From positions 186,001-250,000 of the forward strand of contig CT868015.1 of NCBI GenBank assembly GCA_000165425.1: a stretch of DNA of 64,000 nt, in the 5' to 3' direction. A program made the translations under genes and the position numbers. Positions within the stretch are counted from its first letter, which is position 1. Each line of letters begins with the position of its first letter. The notes beneath the pieces were generated by a model that saw only the letters and a program-made list of their open reading frames with translations, was not told the DNA's origin and made no database searches. The stretch is from Paramecium tetraurelia. Lineage: Eukaryota. Positions 50,859 through 64,000 of the stretch are shown in pieces.

Positions 50859-53225
50859 TCACATTATCTCTATTTCTGCATTTCCATTAAGCATAACACA
50901 TGGAGACATTTTTAAGGTATTTTTCACTAAATCAACATCATAAGTTTTTCCAACCTAATTCATAAACGCTATTTATACATTTAAATTTTTTATCTTTAAT
51001 TTCAAACCTTTTGGGTCATATTAACAAATTAAGATCTAATTATCTTCAAAATTTAAGTTAGTAGTAATCTTGGTATATCCTAATTTACTTGAAATTTATC
51101 CACCAGCGCATACAAGATATACATTATGGTCTTTAGATTAATAATTTTTTTCCATATTATAATTAAAAAGTTAAGCTGTTTACGAGTTGCAAATTCCAAC
51201 CCCGGCTAATGAATGCGATTTCTAGATTTACCAAATATTGTACATTTATTTTAAAAATGAAAGTTGTAACTTTATTATCAGGCAATGGAGGTTGCAAAAC
51301 AGCTAATCCAATTCCTCCTTAAGAGGCTAAGATTCAATTAAAAATAATTACAATTGATTAACTTAGAATTTACTAATTAGAAGGTAGATAATTTTTAAGT
51401 TTCATCATATTTAGGAAAATATGTATTACTTTCATTTGATTTATTAACTTCAAGCTTATGAATTATGTCCTTATACTAAAATTAATATGATATACTCAAC
51501 CTAATTAACTTCTTTATCATATGTTTCTTTCGTTTCATCGGTCAAAACAGAAGCATCGTTTTACATTTTATTGCAAAAAGAGGTTAAAGTAATCTTGGAC
51601 TTTAATCTTTCTAAGCAATTATTTTTCTTTTCTAAATTCATTTATATAATTTCTTTTTCTTGTTCACATTTGTTATTTTGTTCTTTTTATTTATTTTATT
51701 CGTCAGTTATTTTCTAAATTAATTTTGCTTATTCTGACCAAAGCTCATTGCGATTTTCAAATTGTTATTAAAATTATTAATACATTATGCAAAGTTTAAT
51801 TTTTTTAGATAGAAAACTATCTATTTCATTTTCTAAAATAAGAATTCCTTGATCACTTATAGGTTCAACTTAATTTAGATTGTTGCCACTATTATCTTGA
51901 TTTAGTTTTTATTCTTCGATTTTTTTTACCAGTTTTTTCAATAAGATTTCATGCTCTAAATATTCAGTATAGATTTAGTAGAATTTTTAATAACAAATTT
52001 ATTCAATTCTTCCATACTTTATTCTAACTTCAAGGTTAAACTTTTATCCTAATCTAATTATCTTTTAATTATTTAAAAATAATGATTTGGACTCTAATTG
52101 GAATATACAGGTTCTAATAATTTTAATTATTGATCTTGATCCATTTACAAAATATTTTAATCCTTAAATTATAAAGTTGCCTCAATAATCTTTTCGAAAG
52201 ACTTTTCATTCTCTTCTAATTATTTAACGCATAGGTTTATATTTTAAATTTACATATCACGTATTTTATTTAAAAATCCTATATTTTTATTTTTCGATTC
52301 CTTCTTTAATAATTAAAACTTTTTTAATGACTTTTCTTATTATAATTAATAATTATCAAAAGATTACTTTAATTGAGCAGGTGATATGTATTTTCCTTAT
52401 GTTTCTGATATACATTCAACACAGGCAAATTTTTTAACTTAATTTTTTTCATCAATTAAGAGCATTTTAATTTATTCATTATGAGTTTTACAATTTTAGG
52501 ATATTGTTTTCTATATTTATATCAATAAATACCTTGTTTTATAGTGAAGAACTATCAGAATTATTATTATGTAAATTTTAGATTTTATCAAATTACTAAA
52601 GAATTTCATTCAGTCTTGTTTGATAAAAAGAGAATTTTATTTAAAGGAGTATCTATTTCTTCAATTAATCATCGTTATCTTCTGATGTTGATAAACCACT
52701 CTCTTCATCAATCAATAATTGTAATTCTTAATTTAGATTCTCAGTTTCAGAATTAATCATTTAACTTTATTACAGTTTGTTATAAGTTACCTTCTCTAAT
52801 TCCTCAATTTCTCCTGTGATTTATGTAAAGACTTATTTTAAAGGTAATTGCAATTCTTCTAAATTATTTTTCAGATTTTATATTAAACTTATTTTTTGTT
52901 AGCATTCATCTTAAATAGTTTTAGAAACTTATTTTTTTTTAATTTGAATTTATTTGTTAGCTTAGCTTATTAGTATCAAATCTTTAGTAGTTACAAGTTC
53001 GATTAAGCATTAAGGACAAAAATACTTGTTCTCCTCTATGTTTTCTAAACCAATTTGAACAGCTAAATAATCCTGATCATGTTGAAGACATTTCTATTAA
53101 AGTAAATTCTCCTTTAAATTATATTTAATAGAAAGTTTGAATAGATTTAAGCCAATTAGTAAAATTCTATTATTTTATTAATTCTAACATATTTAATATT
53201 AATTTAAATGTATTTATAATCTCAT
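50859..53225 (-). CDS. Zn-finger-like (CxxH...CxxC) x2, coiled coil and C-terminal SPRY/B30.2-like domain; broken at ~51940 (one frameshifted gene or two genes)
   Basis: CLQHD...FCPQCL; CKTHN...ACVECI; LQPPLPDNKVTTFIFKI..LAGVGIC..LICQYDPK..MSPCVMLNGNAEIEIM*; in-frame TGA at 51938-51940. Confidence 0.55.
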
Positions 53226-56200
53226 TTATATTTCTAATGATGGTAATATCTTAAAATTGCTAAATAGTTGTGATTAATGGACAATACTCCTTAATCATTA
53301 AATAGATTGATTAAAATGGCAATGTTTTCATGAGTTAATTCTGGTACTATTGTTTCATATTTGGCCAGAATATCTGGTTCATTTTATTCTTGCATAAAGG
53401 ATTCTGATTTTTTGAATGCTACACTCTTTTTAACTGTTTCAGTTGCTTAACCATTTTGCATTTAGATTGTGCCTAAATATTGATAATTATCATACTTGGT
53501 TTTTAGAAGAAATAGAATCCAATTTATTCGATAAGTTTATAAAATGCCTTTTTATGATGTTTGTAATCTCTTTCTTTCATCTTTTATGATTGCTGATCTG
53601 ATTCCTTCATTTTCGATTGTAAATTGAGAGCATCTTACAAAAGCATAGACACATTGGCATCAGTAATATATATGTTTCCATACAACACATTTTTTTCATC
53701 TGAAATAATTAATTTATCCTTTTCTTCTTTGGATAATGAAGTAATTATTTTTTCTTTGTTTAATCCACCCAAAACATAAAGAATCTTAAATTCATGAGCC
53801 ACTGGATTGTATAATAATTTAGTAACAATTGTGCCTTCATCAATAAACACAGCATTCACATCATTTTTTGGGGCAACTTCTAATGAAGTTATCAAACATT
53901 TTTGATAGGATTACATGTGTAACTTTAAGAAACGATGGGTTTTAGAAATCATTCTTTGTAAATAAGCTCCGCTAAATGTCATCACTTTCGCCTCTCTCCA
54001 CACTTTTTAAATGAACTAAAGCACATCCATTGAAGAAACACCAACCTTTTTCTTGGATTCATCAAATAACATTGGATTATACTTTTTCTTATATTAATAA
54101 TCTTATTCGATTATCTCAGTATAAATTTCAAGTGCCAGTTTATTAACATCTGGTAATGGTGTAAGTGCAACTGCAGCAAAGTTCTCCAATAATTCTTATC
54201 TTGCTTTAACTAATTCAATAGCATATTTAAGATAGCTTTGTGCTTCCAATTCTAAATTTAGTTATTCCAACCTATCTGATCTTTCCATGCTAATTAATTA
54301 TTATTCCAAATCAATTTTATTCTACTCAGTATCTAAATATAAATAATAATTATTACTCTTTGAATTTATTAGGGATTGTAAATAATCTACCTTAACATAT
54401 CTGTATCCTTATCTCACTCTATATTCTCTAATGAATAGACAAATTTCAGCCATGGCAACCAAGATGTCTTCTGGTTTTCTATTGTATTCGAATAATACAG
54501 CTTCTCCTCTGATTACACTAATAGCCTTCGATAGGCTTTCCTTTGCCTACATTAAATATTAGAGTCCCTATTCTTTAAGTAATTAACAGAAAGGAGGAAC
54601 AAGCAAAAAGTATTTATTCCTTACTAAATCCCTATGAGGTCTTTTTTCATAGAATTCCGCATATTTCTTATTTTTACCCGACAGATATTTCATAAAGTAC
54701 TTTTGTTGCAAATTTAGTAATAATTATACGAATCTCATCTTGAAAATCTTGCTTTATTAGTAATACAATTCTAATCTGAAACTTATGGGTACATTAATGC
54801 TCTTACTAATTGAAGTATCTATTTTATTAACGATCTCACTAATTACGTTAATATCGAAAATGTCTTTAACAGAAGACTTGTCACTTTCTGAATCAGAAGC
54901 GAGTGATGATTCTTGAGAATCTATTGATATAGTGGAATTTTCATTGGCCTAATTCAATGTAATCATTATGTCAACATATCTTAATGATGCCCTTTACCAT
55001 AATTCAATGTTCTTTATATAGCAATTATATTGATATTATGTATTATTGATTGTATCAATATCCACTGTTGTATAAGTGAGCTTTGTTGGTTAAATGAAAT
55101 TAAAATTAGGTAATTAATTTAATCCCTTTATAGGCATTTGAGGTTTATCAATATTTTCTTTTTTAGTTTGCTTATCGGCTCCCTTTCTAGCAAATTTGCC
55201 ATCATCCTTTTTCTTTTCATCCTTCTTAGTTGTCTTGATTTACTTATCTGTCTTTTTTAATATTTCTTATTCTATTTCCAAAGGAACACACAAGTCTTAA
55301 CAAATCTAAATCTTCTCTTGTCCACATTTCTGATTCCAATTAGGTACTACCCCATATCCATAATTGATCATCTACATTAATTGTTCAGCCATTTAATAAG
55401 CATCATAGAATTATTGTTTGGCTTCTTACAATTCATTTTTTTCATAATAGATTTCCCCAAGATCCCCATATAACACTATCATTTGAGGATCTTAATGGAA
55501 ATTCTTTTACCCTATTTCGATTGCCTCTTTAAACTTCTTAATTGATTCTGTTGATTTTCCCTTCTTAAATTGAATTCTTGCTTGATACTCTATGATTAAT
55601 CTTTAGTGATAATTGTCATTAAATTGTTTGCAATCATTCATCAAGGCTTCCATTAATTCCAAAGCTTCCTCATGTCTATTATGTCTGTATAATAACAGTG
55701 TCAATTCAGTTCTTAATTTAATCCAATAATAGATGTTTAATGAATGTCTTGTTTTTCTGGCTTCTACAATTTGTAGGATAGTTTCTTCTAACTTAAGTTA
55801 TGCATCCGTTTTCACAGCGGGTACTTCATCTGCAATAGGTTTATCCTTGGATTCTTTTCCTTCCTTTCCTTTCTTCTCAGGTGCCTTCTTAGCTCCTTTC
55901 TTATCCTCGACTACTCCCTAAGGTTTTAATTAATCCCATGGTAAATTTTCCAATTCCTCACCATTTTCATTGGTGGACAATTCAAGTGTGTATGTTTACA
56001 AATTCTCAATAGCATATTTGAATATGTACAATGCCCTTGTAATTTATCCCATACTGACATTCACTTTTGCCATCAAATTTCTGGATCTTGCCATCATGTA
56101 CATTCTCTCTTCTCTTTTTTATAAGTATGTTAAGGCTTCCTAATTATTGGTTACTCCAATTTATTTGGATGTTCCTTACAAATGGTAATAATCTTCCATT

Positions 56201-59200
56201 TTTGGATCAGCTAAGATTTCCTCTTTAGGTTTAGTCAGTATTCTTTGTTCGATTTATTCTTCCTAATTCAACTTATTCAAAGTGTTTCTCAATATAGTTT
56301 CAACTTTTATTAGGAACTTACACCTTAAATCATTAATTTCCCATTTCTCAATTATATCTCCAGAATGGATATTATAGACTAAAAGTGCAACTGCATAATT
56401 GAAGATATTCTCATTCTACAAACCGTATTTCAAGCCAAATTCTCTGGTTAATTCCAATTCTTTCAGTATTTTTTCTGTTAGTTAGGTGTGTTTTTCATCG
56501 TAAGGAGGTATTGAATTATTCCATTCTAGATTTGAATACCACCATTTTCCAGAAACTCTAGATTGCCAAAGCGAAGTAGATTAATCTGGTAGATCCTTCT
56601 CACTTGCAATTTATAATAAAGCCTAATAAGCTTAATTTATGTATCCAATTGAAGACAAAGCAATTGATCTTAACAATTTAGCACGCACTGAATAGAAATT
56701 GCTTTATAATCTATTGCTTAATTCACCAAGTAGATTGATTAGAGGGACAGCCCTTAAGGCCTCATCTCTATCCAATAACAGCCATGCACATCTTTCACAA
56801 GACAATGCCAATTCAGCTGGATCCAAAACATATCTATCATTGAAGATATTTCCGATTGCAACTTCCTTTGTATGAATAAATGCTTGCCAATCCAGCCCAT
56901 TAATCATTTGTAATTTTAATACTGAAGACACCAATTCAGATGCCAGAATTGCACTCTCTCTCTGTTGATGGCAATTAGAATAGTAGCAATTATAGGCTAG
57001 AATGGAACACAATGTAACTCCAATTAAGCATTATTAAATGCCATAAGTTTATGCAAGCAATTAATTATTTTTGTTACACTCCTATATTATCTATCTGAAT
57101 GCACTACTTTTCAATACAAAGATTCTTTGGAATATTGTATCCAAACTCTCACTCCAAGATTCTTCAGCCTAAGCATAATTCTACATAGCAAAATTCAATG
57201 ATCCCAATTCCTTCAAAGCCAGCGCCTGTGCAAATTTCTCCTGTCTTTTATGCAATAACTCACATGTCAGTTTATATTTTGAAATGACTTACATACCAAA
57301 CTATTTGTGATTCTTCTTCTTTTATTTCAAAGTTTAATCCATCAATTACAATTGCTTCTTATCCAATGTAGTCTATTTCAATAAATATTATTCAGAATTG
57401 AATTCTAATTGTATACTTTCCTTGCTTAACAATTCATCATCTATAGCAAATTTTTCATATAGTTTTCTAGCTTGTTTTAGGTTTTCTAATGCTTAATTTG
57501 CATCTCTATTTATTTCTTAAATAAGTTTTTCACTAACTTTTAATTAATTCTCAATGAAATCTTGTTTTTATTGTAACAAATGAATTTACTACAACAACAT
57601 TTCTTTATCTGCACGATAATCTTGTTCTTCCTAAGGTATTTCTTGAGTTAATAATGATGATCTAGTCTTCTTCTTCTTTGTTTATTCCCAGACCTAGAAT
57701 GCTTGTGTTCTTGCATTAAGTTCTTCCTATTTGAGCTATGTTTTATTCTAGGCTTCTTTGAATAGAATAGTCTAGGCATGAATTGTAAATGGTAAAATAT
57801 ATTAAGAATAGTAATGAGTAGTCAAATTGCAAAATTATCTTGATATTCCAATTAAACTATTCCATTTTTATTCCACCATTAATGATTAAACAATGTAGGC
57901 CATAATATTGGCCAACAAATCCATATCCTTGTATTTACTGAACCAGCAATCTTTGGATAATTACGTAAGTAAAGATGGTCTGATGGGTTCAGTGTTAGGC
58001 AAAGGTGGTTCAAAGACATAATCTTATTATTGCATGTGAGGTTGCAATGCCAATTCATTTTCTGCTTATTCCTTTACTTAAAACCAACCATGATCTTTGA
58101 CTTCTTTGATTAAAGTGTTGATACAATTTCCAATGAAACACAAGTCCTACCAGCATTATCCTTAATGAATAAATGGAGTTATCTGTTCTTTTAATAAGAA
58201 ATTGTATAAAAACTTGACATGATTTAACATTACTATATATTATTTACTCCAAACAGCAAAACCACATGCATCAGCAACATTTTTAATTATTTAAGTCGAT
58301 AATTAAATTAATTCTTCCTCCTCGCTTAATTCAACAACTGGCTATTGCACTTATTATTTTCCAGGAGGTTACTTTGCAGGAGGTTACTTTTATTATGCTT
58401 GTTGTTAAAGCTATTATAACTATTGTTCTTTTTATTATTATAGTGCTTATTATTATTATTTAACTTGTTTCTAAGAATCATTTTCATTTATCAGTTCTTT
58501 CAAATGTTCAATATCTAAATTGAAGACAGATACAAAACAATCAACATCAACTAGTCTAATTCTGTTGCTTTTATAAGACAATATAGCTTTCAAATAACTT
58601 AACTCACTTCTCCATAATTATACGTATTCAAATCGTTTTGCCTTTGACATGATTCCAAATCTATTTATTGTTTAACCCTCATTTTTTAGTTGTTCCAATA
58701 ACTATGTCTTTTTTGTATTATACTCCTCAAATAATTAGATGGCATCATCATTTCCTACTTTATTAGTGTTTTTGTCTATAATCAATTCTGGTAATAAGGC
58801 AGGATAAAACTCAATATCTAATTGTATGCATTTTTATTAAATTTAAGTGATATCATTTGCTATTGCAACACTAGGTTAAAATTGCTCATTAAAGACCGCT
58901 AGCGGTTATATAATTTTATAATCTATGTTACTTTAAATCATTCTCCTGATTAATTTACATAACATCTCTATATATATTGGGTGTTATTTTGGTAATTTTT
59001 AGGTAGCTGTTGATAAATCTTTAATGCATTCCCAATATTCTAGCCGTATTGACAATTCACTAAATATTTTATCAATTTGATCGGCTGGGTTTTCCATGTA
59101 GGGAATCAATTGATCTATTTATTCTTTCCACTTTTCAACGAATGAAGGAACATAATCACCGAACTCATCGTTCATAGCCAATAGAGTTTCTTCCAAATAA

Positions 59201-62200
59201 TCTTACACGGTAGAATTCACTTCATATAGTTCTCTAATTAATTTAGGAACTTATTTAGGTGGTTATGCAGGTTCATCTATTTGTTATGGTTTACCTCCCT
59301 TTTTGACATCCTTTTTTGTATCCTTTTTGGTGTCTTCTACTTGTTCGATCATGATTATCTTAGGTACTTAATACCACTTTCTATTGAATGATTGTAATTC
59401 TGCAGTTATGACTCTTCTACCCAATGTAATTTCATTTAGTTTCATGCAGACCTTTAATATTTCGTATGTAAATTTAGCTGATAGAATACGCAGATTGGCA
59501 TCCCAATATTGTTTAGGGATTTCAACTATAATTATTTATGCTTTAAGTAATAGATGGAATACTTATAATGGTTTTTCTTACTAGAAGGATTCTAACATGT
59601 TATATAATTCTGCTACTATTCTTTTGGCAATAGTGAAATGTCTGCAACATAGAGAAGTCTCTAATGAAAGCAGTAAATAATTGCAGATTTTTAACAGCAC
59701 AATATGTTTTTATGCTTAAGTTCCAGTATTTGCAATCTTCTTTTGTAGACATTTAGCTTTGATTAATAAGGTTTCAGTTAGATTTTATATTTCCATTAAA
59801 CTAACAGATTTAATTCTCTATTATAGCAATCTCTTGATATGAATGGGATTGAGTTCATTGTGCAATTAACGATCTATAAATTCACTGTCTTCTGTGAATT
59901 ACATAATACAGAAATCAGCAGCCTCTTCGCAAATATCAAAATTAGATAATTAATATGCCACTTTGCATAAATAAGATGCTAACAAGGGTAATGGTAATGG
60001 ATGTAGTGTTGTGATGTCATCTCCTGTTTCTCCTATTCCATTTGAAACTCCTTCAGTACCATCATAGGCTGCAACAGCAAAACAGTACTTCTCATTTCTT
60101 TGTAACCCATTCATCGTGACTATTGCTCCTATCTTCTATCTAATACCAGTGTTATTAAGATCATTTACAAGTGAGTGATACATTTTACTCCATTTGCACT
60201 TATTTTTCCAAAAATTGCCATACTAGTTATAGTCTTTTTTGCTTAATCTATTGCTATCATATCTAATAATTTTGGTTTGAAAGGAGGTAATTTAAAAGTG
60301 ACTGATTCTGAGTTCCTGCTAATTAAGATTGGTTTACGAGGCACTTAAGTAGATTTAATATATTGTGGATTGTACAACATATTATACGGGAAAACGTTAT
60401 TGGAAGTAGTTTGAGTATCAATATTATCACATAATGTAGACATCACAAAGATGGCATCATTTATTCCGTTTTCAATATGTAATTACTCTTCTTTCTCTGC
60501 TTGTTGCAAGTACTTTAAAGAATCCACTAAAAATGATCGCTACTCAGTTTATTTCTGCTTTATACTAGCCATAAGCATAAACAACAAACAGTTGGCATAA
60601 GGGTTTTTGTTGGCTTGATTCATTATTTCTGTTTCAAATTAGTGAATCACAGGTTTTGGTGGTTTTAGCTTCCCTTCTTTTTAAAGAGTACTTTATAATT
60701 GGTTTACATTCTTTTTAATGGTTTATGCAGTTTCCCCTTACATAATTGACATCTTCTTTTGAATAGCCTAAGAAACTCCCTCGACTTCTTCTTCTAATGA
60801 AGTTTTCTTTATGGAATTCTTCTAAATATCTAATCCTGCTTTTAATTGACATCTATATAATGCAACAGTTAGATCTGCATGTAAAGCATTTATTATCAAA
60901 TCAGTTTCATTAATTTTCTATTAAATTGAAAGAGTGCTTGTGTCTTTATTATCATCACCCAACAAAGATTGATATGCTTCAAGTAATTCATACTCCTCTT
61001 CGTTTAACTCATCATCTTCTAATTGTTATTTTTTGTTGTTTGATCTATTTTTTATTCTGATCTCTCTATTAATTTAATTTTTCTGATTGATCCAAGCTTC
61101 CCTCATTCTATTCATCATTTCATCTATTTTATAGTTTGAACATGTGGCTGCAAATGGTAAAAATAAATCCTTCGAAGAGTCAACACCTCTTACTGTTAAA
61201 GAATTTCTATGCTGAATTATTCTATCAATACAAATTTTCAAATTCTCCTCTGCTATTTATGCTTCCTTCTCTTCCTCCAAAAATTTAGCAAGTGACAAAT
61301 TCACCTTGCATAACAGTATGATATCAACATAAGGGATTTTAAATAGTATCTCATTCAAAACTAATAATCCATTCTTGAAAATCTCCCTTGCTGTTTGAAT
61401 CAACTTATCATAACGACTATAATCCTGTTTACTCATCTCCTAAGTAATAAGCAACTCTTAAATAAATTGCATTTAATAGAGCGGCGGTAAGAAATACTTT
61501 CTCCATAACAAAAATACTAATTATGATAGAAAATCCCTCTTCTCTTTTAAGAAATGGATTCCCAATGGTCCTACCAAACAACTGCTTATCATATCCATTA
61601 ATTCCTTTAGGGATTATAAATCGTAGCATATTTCCAATTCCAATCTGCTGTCATCCTCTATACTTTATGAAACATCTTTTTGATATGACTTTTCCAATTT
61701 AATGAAATGAATCAAAATTTATAACTCTCTCTCCTTTACAAAATAGTACTTATCCGTTTTGTATGTAAAGTAAATGTAATCCATCCCTGGACTTCTAATA
61801 AACTCTTTTGGAGTTTGTCTGAGGTCTAAATTGATTTTTTGAAATCCAAAATCTGGTCGAATGAGAGGGTTCTTACCAAATAATGGCTTAATTCCAACCA
61901 ATAGCGTCATTTTTTCATTTTCATCAGATAACTCATTCATAGTATGTTTGAGTAACAAATAAGGTACAGTTTTGTACTTTTCCCTGACTCCTGTATATTA
62001 TTTTATGGGTATTGCAATAGCCCGATACCCTTGATTCATTTTTTCAACAGGACCTTGTTCTTCATCAGCCATCACAACATCTATCTCATAGATGGCATTG
62101 TCGGGAGTCATAGATTTCTTATAAACTAAATAAATATAATTGTGATTGATCTATGCCAATTCTGAATCTGTGGCCTGGACTCCCAACCCAACCTAATCAG

Positions 62201-63640
62201 TCTATTATTTTTCTTGCTCTTATTATTAAGGTTATTTTTTATTATCTTTTTTGTCATCCTTCTTTTGAGTCTATTGTTGTTATTACTGTTAGTCCCCCTT
62301 ATTTTTATTCCTAAGTCGTTTTAATTCTGTTCGAAGATTGGCTTCATTTATATCAATTTAAATCTTATCATAACCATTAGGAATGTTTGGATAAGGATTA
62401 GTACTTATCAATATGTTCACATCTTAAATATATGGACATTCAATTCTTCTATATTTACATCTGACATAAGCTGAATTGCTGATATCCTCGAAGACTTTGG
62501 TATTACCAACATCATAAGCATGATGCGCTAATTCAATTTAATATTCCAATGGCAAACCATCAGCCAATGCCCTCCATTCTTTTTCCTTAATTAATGATGC
62601 TTCGAATTCTCTCCTCTTTTTGGTCATATCATTTCTCTCTAATTCATCCAATATATTTTTAGATTTAAATTCAACTGTTTTAGTGATTCTGTCCATCTAT
62701 TATTCTAGTGCTATTGCAATTCTTTCCATATCATTTTTCAATAGATCAAAACTAACCTAGACTAATTACTCTTTCAATTAATTGCCTACATGTGTTTATT
62801 TGACAGTATTCGATAAATTTGGGGGAGAGAATCGCAAAGACTCAATGATTGCCAAACATCTAGCTTCTTTATCCTATCCAAACTCTTCAATCTTCTTTTT
62901 CCATTAATCTACATTGAACACTCCAGCTTGCACTTTAAATTTCAACTCCAATATCTTGAGCAATCTTGTATTTTATTTTAGAATCTTATCCATGTAATCC
63001 ATCAAGGGTGGATCCATTTCTTCCAACTCTCTCAATTCTTATACTTTTTACAACCCCAAATCAATCGTCCTGTATGCACACGCCTTTGATTAGAGGGAAT
63101 GATAGATGTGTGCCAACTCAGCATAGAGTTTGATCCTCCAATCCAAGTATTTAATGGATGTCAGCACCAAGCATCCCTCCATCGAGGTGATACAAAATGC
63201 CAGAAATTCGATTGCGATATATTAATATATTGACTATGTAATTATTAATGAACACATTACTTTTCTTAAGACTCTGCAAATATCAAATATATAAACTGTT
63301 CCATTATATATGAGATAATAATTTGAATTCTTGTCCTCGAATGTTCCTATGTTCAAAACTTGCATGCAATCTCTTAATGATGCTAGCAAAGATTTTAAAG
63401 ATTATGCTGTGTCCTTTCTTATACATTGCGGATCTGATGCTGTGTATGTTTTAAATAATGTTTACACCTAAATTCAATCAAAACTGTTACTTTATTAAAT
63501 TACTTTAGTGCTTGATCCTTCTATTCAGTTGCATTCTTGTAAATTACTTATGGTTTGTTTTCAACTTACTGGACACCCGCTGGTTGATCCTAGAATTTCA
63601 CTCCTGGTTTTGCTTACGCCTATTACTTTTTATCAGCCAT
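53222..63640 (-). CDS. CFAP54: Cilia- and flagella-associated protein 54 (central pair C1d), apparently complete
   Basis: MADKKQQAQAKPG start; YLIYNGTVYIFDICR..FCITSMEGCLVLTSIKYLDWRIKLY (CFAP54 N-domain); PRKPILISRNSESVTF; GLQRNEKYCFAVAAYD; ends YYHHQKYK*. Confidence 0.9.
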
Positions 63641-63653
63641 AATAATTTAATAA

Positions 63654-64000
63654 ATGAATGGAGCATATATGGCAAATGGATTAATTCTTCTCAATCTATG
63701 TGGAGATGTCCTCTACATCATCGAATAAAGATTGAGAGCACAAGGCATTGATAAGGAAAAAGGTGAATCTTAAAATCTATTCCCTTAGGATTGACTGTTT
63801 TGAATGATCTTGCCATCAAAATTTACACACACCCAAATCTTTAAAAAATGTTCACTCCAGCGAAAACATTGTCAAACAATGAGATATTTTAATAGATTGA
63901 TCAAGTCGTCCATTGTTCAATCATGAAACTAAATGAAGATAGCTTATCAAAATTATTTGATTTGGTTATAATGACTTTGAAGTCATATCTAATGAAATCC
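63654..64000 (+). CDS. OSCP1: OSCP1/NOR1 family protein (5' part, runs off window)
   Basis: LILLNLCGDVLYIIEQRLRAQGIDKEK / VLNDL / VVHCSIMKLNEDSLSKLFDLVIMTLK matches the OSCP1 N-terminus; intron 63772-63797. Confidence 0.9.

Noticed and set aside
53100..53300. Read-through fusion of CFAP54 into the downstream zinc-finger gene
   Set aside because: The true CFAP54 frame (ENIAILINLFNDQGVLSINHNYLAILRYYHHQKYK) stops cleanly at 53222 without needing an intron
789..63751. Most entries of the supplied ORF track as standalone genes
   Set aside because: They were computed with TAA/TAG as stops; they are fragments of larger spliced genes (e.g. 955-1230, 39845-40129, 56704-57012) or off-frame and antisense shadows (e.g. 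8266-8457, 19766-20167, 63512-63751)
1..64000. tRNA, rRNA, telomeric repeats or transposase
   Set aside because: No cloverleaf boxes, rRNA-like segment, G3-4T2-3 telomeric tract or DDE motif recognised by eye; a covariance-model search would be needed to exclude small ncRNAs

Overview
This is AT-rich, gene-dense eukaryotic DNA that reads as a ciliate macronuclear chromosome, most likely Paramecium (P. tetraurelia-like; species is an inference). Genes only make sense with the ciliate nuclear code (TAA/TAG = Gln, TGA the only stop) and tiny 20-35 nt GT-AG introns, so the supplied standard-code ORF track is mostly fragments or shadow frames. By hand translation I find about 35 genes. Clearly recognisable: RPN6, NADH-cytochrome b5 reductase, a complete ~10.4 kb CFAP54, the 5' part of OSCP1, a kinesin, a SHIPPO-repeat protein, a calmodulin-like EF-hand protein, two kinases, and Alba, LITAF, CCT, Myb, SANT, FHA, WWE, FYVE-TBC and twin-CX9C proteins. 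Most notable: (1) an intronless Zucchini/PLD6-type HKD nuclease with a basic NLS-like tract and SIM-like tail; (2) CFAP54 and OSCP1 head-to-head with 13 bp between start codons; (3) a membrane-anchored alpha-carbonic-anhydrase-like protein lacking its zinc histidines; (4) a tandem pair of divergent small GTPases, one with a broken splice acceptor; (5) three co-oriented genes separated by only 34 and 5 nt. Several AT-rich stretches look like decayed genes. No rRNA, tRNA, CRISPR, telomeric repeat or transposase was recognised. All family calls are from remembered motifs, not database searches.
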